DNA of 60,000 bases. It comes from Lama guanicoe (taxonomy: Eukaryota). How positions within the stretch are numbered: the stretch's first letter is position 1; each line of letters opens with the position of its first letter. The stretch is taken from the NCBI GenBank assembly GCA_013239625.1, contig MU053934.1:9693352-9753351 (forward strand). Reading direction: 5' to 3'. Shown here piece by piece: positions 38,601 to 60,000 of this stretch. A program made the translations under genes and the position numbers. The notes under the pieces were generated by a model. It worked only from the letters and a program-made list of their open reading frames with translations. It was not told where the DNA came from and ran no database searches.

Positions 38601-39609
38601 AGGCGGGAGGTGGACAGGGCTGGAGGGCAGCTGGAGAGGAGAGGGCTGTCGGTGCTCACGCTCTGCACCTCTCCTCACCTGGCCACTCCTGGCCCACCTT
38701 CCTTGGGTTTCCAAACTGTTAGCCACATGGGACATAAGCGAGGCCTGCCCGTTTCCTTAAGACGGTTGACAGAAAGGAGCCAGAATCCCTTTTCAGTCTT
38801 GTCTCCCAAGTAGGCGGTTCTTGTGGACATCGGGCTGGATGGACTCGGCATCGCCCCCAAAGCTGCAGGCACACCCCGGGGCGACCGCCCTCTCACCCGC
38901 TTCTGCGACGATCCGGAGGCCAGCGTGGCCGTGCGTCCTGAAGGCAGACCCCTGGTCGACCTCCTGCTGAACACCCCCGACGCCAGCAGGAAGGCTGCGG
39001 CCAAGCCCCCCCACGAGGTGGCACAGGTGCGGAGTGGCAGGGCCCCTGCTGGCTTTGGCCTTGGGGGGTCTCAGTTGGGACCTCGTCCACCAGACACATC
39101 ATGGTGACCCTGGAGAGTGGCCACTGGGGCTTCTAAGGGCGACACGCCTCGCCTCATCGCTGGGGGTGTGACCTCAAGTTGGCCAAGCCCCTCCAAGGAA
39201 TCCCGCCTGGAGCCCTTCCAGGCCAGGGTCGCGGGGTTTCCGCTCCGGGATCCCCCAGAGCTTCACGTGTGACGAGGGAGCATGACTGCTCAAGGAACTC
39301 GGAGGTCTGCAGTGTGTGGCACTTTCTCCCTCCAGCTTCTTAAACATGATGGTCAAGATGTTTTGCACTGGGCCTGAGCCCAGTTCACCCATTAGCTTAT
39401 GGCGTGAGCTGTGGTGGAGGTGGCCGCAGGCAGCCCTGTCCTCAGTGAAGCCAGTCCTTTGGGGTCTGCGGGAGGGGAGGGGCAGCGCGGGCGCGCTGGT
39501 CACCTCTGTCGCTTCGCCCTTGCAGCTGATAGACCTGGCTTCTCCTCTGATCCTGCTGAGTCCGGAGGCTGACAAAGAAAACGTGGACTCACCACTTCTC
39601 AAGTTCTGA
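20647..39609 (+). CDS. GTSE1: G2 and S phase-expressed protein 1, spliced, 723 aa: join(20647-20668,26647-26704,26792-27416,27923-28093,28865-28991,30584-30940,34152-34224,36180-36416,38188-38392,38814-39026,39526-39609)
   Basis: N-terminal LLADEKFDFDLSLSSSSANEDDEVFFGPVGHKERCIAASLELN...KSPKSLKRETYYLSDSP, RVSALPTP, VPQALNFSPE, and C-terminal LIDLASPLILLSPEADKENVDSPLLKF*. Exon lengths sum to 2172 nt in frame. Confidence 0.96.
21340..22620 (+). mobile_element. L2 LINE fragments
   Basis: Pyrimidine-rich degenerate sequence with L2-like segments (ctctccttctgaaaacttccttgcttggcttctga; actcctgtttaaaacccttcagtagctcc). Confidence 0.55.
24300..24693 (+). mobile_element. MaLR LTR (MLT1I/J-type) within L1
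   Basis: ccttctcctgggcacatggtag...ccaatgaaat...gagtgagaaatcagccttgttgt...aagccacttgagat...tatcctaactgata. Confidence 0.65.
24809..24919 (-). mobile_element. Vic-1-like SINE with a 17-bp target-site duplication
   Basis: tRNA-like body with A and B boxes, flanked by TTTTATGTAGCATTTTT at 24792-24808 and 24920-24936. Confidence 0.92.
26647..26704 (+). CDS. GTSE1: GTSE1 exon 3 (58 nt)
   Basis: cctcag|ATGTTCTT...TCAAG|gtaaac; DVLLLADEKFDFDLSLSSS. Confidence 0.95.
26792..27416 (+). CDS. GTSE1: GTSE1 exon 4 (625 nt)
   Basis: aaacag|TGCAAAT...GAGAAG|gtacca; ANEDDEVFFGPVGHKERC...SIPLAVEK. Confidence 0.95.
27923..28093 (+). CDS. GTSE1: GTSE1 exon 5 (171 nt)
   Basis: tttcag|CCCGTG...AACAAG|gtgggt; PVKEKPASPSR...QGKRSLPVPNK. 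Confidence 0.93.
28622..28745 (-). mobile_element. L1 ORF2 fragment
   Basis: Minus strand reads WIGRLNIVK(K)MSIIP, similar to L1 ORF2 WIGRINIVKMAILP, with frameshifts. Confidence 0.75.
28865..28991 (+). CDS. GTSE1: GTSE1 exon 6 (127 nt)
   Basis: ttttag|CTGGGG...AAAG|gtaagg; LGRKKTVLKLPGCAGSL...ASPAAGK. Confidence 0.9.
30584..30940 (+). CDS. GTSE1: GTSE1 exon 7 (357 nt)
   Basis: ttccag|CTAAAG...ACTG|gtaaga; KASDLPSIPADSS...RRRDSCLNSKTKVMPTPTHRFKVPKFST. Confidence 0.93.
31050..32110 (-). mobile_element. Old L1M fragment
   Basis: gatgagaagtcag...tttcagcattttgattactatg...ggccattatttcttcaaat, typical antisense L1 ORF1-region sequence. Confidence 0.6.
34152..34224 (+). CDS. GTSE1: GTSE1 exon 8 (73 nt)
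   Basis: tctcag|GTGAAC...GGGAG|gtaact; EPPDSATPKSCRAQRPQSCTSVG. Confidence 0.93.
34440..34595. mobile_element. MER5-like hAT-Charlie relic
   Basis: cagttctccagc...ctctgattcagctggtctggcatggagcccag...ggggttgaggaccac. Confidence 0.55.
36180..36416 (+). CDS. GTSE1: GTSE1 exon 9 (237 nt), containing the EB1-binding SxLP motifs SALP and SSLP
   Basis: ttccag|GATTGTT...GTGAG|gtagga; IVHSTPVRRSLGP...RRVSALPTPAGRRLSSLP...SSEPQKKSAV. Confidence 0.94.
38188..38392 (+). CDS. GTSE1: GTSE1 exon 10 (205 nt)
   Basis: ccacag|AACCGCA...AGTGAG|gtgaag; TAPATES...VPQALNFSPEKSDLTFSKS...PPSE. Confidence 0.92.
38814..39026 (+). CDS. GTSE1: GTSE1 exon 11 (213 nt)
   Basis: aagtag|GCGGTT...GCACAG|gtgcgg; AVLVDIGL...RPLVDLLLNTPD...EVAQ. 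Confidence 0.9.
39526..39609 (+). CDS. GTSE1: GTSE1 exon 12, coding part to TGA
   Basis: ttgcag|CTGATAGAC...TTCTGA; LIDLASPLILLSPEADKENVDSPLLKF*. Confidence 0.95.
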   Translation: MIDLASPLILLSPEADKENVDSPLLKF

Positions 39610-39964
39610 GTAGAACGAAATCCTTTACAGTTACAAGAACAGTCAGTCCTAAAGTGGTTTTCAACCCTTAGAAATTAATTTTCAGAGAAATTGTATTGGA
39701 AAAGTTGAAAAACAAAACAAAAGTCTCTGCACAGTTACTATGCCTGGATCGGGGGCTGTGGGACTGGGGGGGTGTTGGCCACCTGAGGTCACTGCTGGCC
39801 AACAGCCTCCCTCCTCACGGACCCACACGTGCTGGTGTGCCCGCTGAAGTTACTCCAGGTGAAGAACTTGTTGTGAATCTTCTGTGTGTAAAATAGCAAG
39901 TGACTATTTTAAAAATTAAGTTTGCATGAAAAGGTGAATAGCCTGGACTTAAGTTAAATTGTAA

Positions 39965-39970
39965 AATAAA
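39965..39970 (+). terminator. Candidate GTSE1 polyadenylation signal
   Basis: AATAAA in an AT-rich 3' UTR, with ATTAAA also at 39980-39985 and 40117-40122. Confidence 0.6.
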
Positions 39971-42900
39971 TGGAAATGCATTAAAGCTATATGTTAATGT
40001 TGAAGATTGTCTTGATTTTCAAACATGCATAGCTATTTTTAGTACTAACCAGTATGCACAATTTATCTTAGCCAAACTTTAATTCTTTCTACAAAGTGAT
40101 TCAGACTTCACTGTGAATTAAAATTGACTTAAGTGTAAATCCCAGCCCCTCTCCCCAGGTCCAGGGCAGGCCTAGTAATCTGCACTTTCCAGGGCGCCCA
40201 GGTGACTGATGCAATGCACCACAGACCACAGCGGAGCAGAGGAGGCTGCCCTAGGGATGTGGGGGTGCAGGATGGCGGGGAAGCGCGGGAGCTGGGGGGC
40301 TTATCTGAATACCAAGGTGATGGCCCCTTGGCTGTGCCCCTGGTGGGGGCAGCAGGGAGCCATGGAAGCTGTGGGCCACTGCAGAGCACACTTCCTGCCG
40401 GAGCCATTCTCCCCTGTATTTGTTAACCAGCTGGCCCGGAAGCCACTAGTCTATAGAGATATTTTATTTATGAGGAAATTTTTCACCGTCTTACTTCAGT
40501 AGCCTCACAGCAAACAGAAAACCTGCTAACTGGACCAGCTTTGGGGGCTCCCATCCAGTGTTCCCTGCACAAAACCAGGGAACGTCGGTCCCCAGAGGGC
40601 TGAGGGAGGAGAGCTGGCTGGGCTGTGCTTCGAACTTTCTCTGGTTAACGTCGTGAGTGTGAGTCATCACCTGGAATGGTCTGGCACGGGGACTGCTGTG
40701 CTATCGAGGGGAGAAGTGTGTGTCACAGATGGCACTGCTGCGCCCGTAGACAGAGCCTGGCGCTTGGAGGCGGGCCGCGTGGCTTTATGAGCTTTCACCT
40801 GGAGCTGTCCTGAGTGACCGAGCCATCAGACTCAGACAGGGCCCCTCGCTCTGGGACGCCTGCTGGCCAGCTGGAGCAGGGCCTACGGGAATCAGCAGTC
40901 TGCTCCTCTTCCCGCTTGTCTGTATCCTGGTGGGCAGTATAGGAATCTAGAATCCACCACAAGGGTCCTCGGATGTCTGGTCTGGCCCTCAATTCACAGG
41001 GAAAACCCAAAATCTGGAATTAATCCATCCAGCAAATATTTAGGGAAACTACTACGGGCAGGCTGCATTTCTGCCGGGGACACAGTGGAGTGCAAACTCA
41101 GACATCACTGTTCTGGTGGGAGAGGGGGGCTGCCCTGGGCTCTGGGCGGCGCATCCACAGCCAGGGATTGAGCTGGGCCTTTGGCCCTCACCTGCTCCCT
41201 GGGCCTCCCATCCAGGGCTCTCCCCTCCCCCAGGCTCCTCAGGAGCAGCCAAGCTCTCCTCGGGGACAAGGCACACTGTCCATCTGCACGAGTCCCCAGG
41301 CAGGACAGCAGTAACCTGATCGGAAGTCTCCCGAAGCAGATGGGAGAAGCCCTCCCAAGAGCACGTGCTGGGTAACGCAGTGCCTGCCACCCTCCCCTTC
41401 CTGTCTTGGTGTCTGCCTGGCTGCCCTGCTGCTCACCTGACAAAGCTCCCTTCCTCCCGGCTCCCGGGCTCTACGTCCACCACTGGAAGGGAGACCAAAG
41501 TATTCCCGGAGCTCAGGGAGAGGCCAGCCACTTCCTCTGAACGGCAGGTAAACCACCTCGGCTACCACTAGAGGGCCACCCTCCCGGCTTAAGGCGTCCG
41601 ACTTCACCTGATTTTCATAATGTTTCATTCATTTCCTGGCGCAGACGACTTCACGTTTCACAGCTCTGAGATCCACGTGTCTCACATGGCTGTTAGCAGG
41701 CGGCACATGGGATGTCACTGTCTTTGCCTTCACTGGTCCATCACGGACCTGGATTATACACGGTGATTAAAGACTTGGAGCTGCCAAGGAGCTAAATCAC
41801 CACACATTTAACTGAAAAGGAGCAAAAACATGTTGCCACGTGTCATGTTCCAGCCACTTCGGGGTGGGTGGCAGCACTGCCATCACCAAAGCCCTCTGCT
41901 GAGCAGGAAATGACTGCCCCAAGCCTGCACCAAACTACCGCTGGGCAGGGCGGGCTCCTACAGACTGAGCTCCAAACCCAGTGACATCAGCTGGGTCACC
42001 TACATTTAGGGGTGACCTGGGTTCACTCATTTCTTCCGGGACATGCAAGACGCACTCGCTCCCTTTGTCAGATGTTTCCCTGATACCTTTTTCTTCTGAA
42101 AAAGTAGTCCAGTTTCTGTTTCCCCACAGGGGCCTTGTGTCCTTCCCTCCAACCATGGAGCTCACCCCTGCCTGCTCTTGGCACCAGTGGCCCTGACTCT
42201 CCAGCTGGCAGTTCCTACTTCTCTTCTCAGAAACGGGGACTTGGGGCCCTCCTCGGTTCACTCTAGACCCTTAACACCAGGAATCTGTTCTCAAGAAGAT
42301 GACTTGCCTTAATAACTATCCGTGGTTAGACATTTATGTCCGCTGTTACTCTTTTAAGAAACTGTTAATAAACTAACGTGACTTTAATGCCAAGCTTTGG
42401 TATGTGTGTTATTGACCTGATTTAAAACTACCTGCATTTGCAGGACATTTCCTCCTCTGCTTTTTCCAAACCATGCTTCACACCCTATATGAAATCAATT
42501 TATAAGCTGCACCAGCAGTTTTAAACATGAAAAAGAATGAAATGAAAAATAATGGGTACACAGCACATTGCAACGGTAAGAACTGTTTTGAGAAGCGTTC
42601 TTTTTTATACTTATAGGTAAGTGGTACTCTGGGCCACCCTGTAAAATGTGACACTCTGGGTTGAGGCTGAAATAGTTGAGAGTCACTGATTTAAAGAATG
42701 CTTGTATTTTGCACGTAGGGACTGTAGCCTCTGGTGTCAAACCAAATCTCAGGGTCCTCCGAGCCCGTGGCGCTCTTGGTCTGAGCTGTGTCATCATGGC
42801 TTTGGCCAGCCACACTGACCGCCACCTCCTCACTCTCCCAGCCTCTCGCCCAGTCACTGGACCTCCAGCCAGCTCTGCTCTGCGGAGATCTCCTGTCTGC

Positions 42901-43299
42901 CCTCTTCCCTTCTCACACCCTTCTGTTAGGCCCAGCAAACGTTTCCAGGTTCTATCATCCAAAAATATGACATCGGTCATTTGCCAGGCTCCCCCACCCT
43001 CTCCATTCACTCAGGAACAGCCACATCTCCAGGGGGATGGCCCCACTGTGCCTCACCGTTGGAGGAGGCCACTTCCTTCTCTGGGAACAGCTCACGAGAT
43101 AGTCATCAAGTCCTCCAGTCCCCTTCTCATCCGCCACATCCATTCCACCAGCAAGGGCTATAGATTTTATCTCCAAACACTCATCTTTCTGACGCCACCA
43201 TCACCTTCCCAGACAGCTGGTGCCCTGGCCTCCTCACAGCTCCTGTCCAGCGCACAACCACGAAATCTTTCTGCGAACTTAAATGAGATCACCACACCC

Positions 43300-59570
<16,271 letters not shown>

Positions 59571-60000
59571 GTGAGGGGGCGCCGGCTCTGCGCTGTGCTC
59601 CAGAGGGTATGGGATGCCACACCGAGTCTGAGTCTGCGTGTGGCCTGGACCCCGGCTCTTCTTAGCGCTTGCTCAGCCTGTGCGCGGGGTCCGGCTTTGC
59701 TGTGGAATGACAGCATCGCACTTCCTTCTCCCCAGAGCACATGGTCTGCATCGAGGGGCTTGGGGGCAGGTGGGGTGCGGGGGCTCAGGTCACACAGCCA
59801 GTGACGGGGGGAACTGTGGCCAGCTCTGTGTCGGTGCCCCTTCTCTCCCGACTGCTGTGGCCATGAGGCTGTACTGGTGCAGCCACTGGGAGGGCCCGGC
59901 TGCCTGTGGGCTGGGCCCTGAGGACGAGGACAGAACAGGGACAGGCAGAGCATTGCTTCCCACCTCCACCCTAGACCAGCAGCCGCAGGTCGGGCTCCTT

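Noticed and set aside
41618..41745. Possible Kanga/MER104-like transposon relic
   Set aside because: The resemblance is too faint to call without a database search.

Overview
Mammalian genomic DNA, most likely a camelid (alpaca, llama or camel), judging by five tRNA-Ala-like short SINEs of the camelid Vic-1 type. The window holds three intron-containing genes, all on the + strand and in the order known from human 22q13.31. TTC38 is represented by coding exons 3-14 (5' end outside the window, stop at 17365-17367). GTSE1 is complete (CpG-island promoter near 20 kb, 11 coding exons, 723 aa from ATG 20647, stop 39607-39609). TRMU/MTU1 is represented by coding exons 1-10 (last exon outside the window). 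I assembled every exon by hand: all introns are GT-AG and the reading phases join correctly. Exon numbering and human comparisons come from remembered human sequences, not from a search. The remainder is ordinary intronic and intergenic DNA with MIR, L2, L1, MaLR/ERVL LTR and DNA-transposon relics; repeat families were recognised by eye and boundaries are approximate. I found no new biological system. The best leads are: (1) apparent loss of several clathrin-binding LIDL-type motifs in the GTSE1 C-terminus; (2) a GTG in strong Kozak context where human GTSE1 has its first ATG; (3) a 61-bp tandem duplication that doubles the GTSE1 exon-1 splice donor; (4) an AAG-TAG tandem acceptor that could insert a stop codon; (5) a near-perfect CTCF motif inside TRMU coding exon 9; (6) a Tyr-to-Cys change in TTC38.
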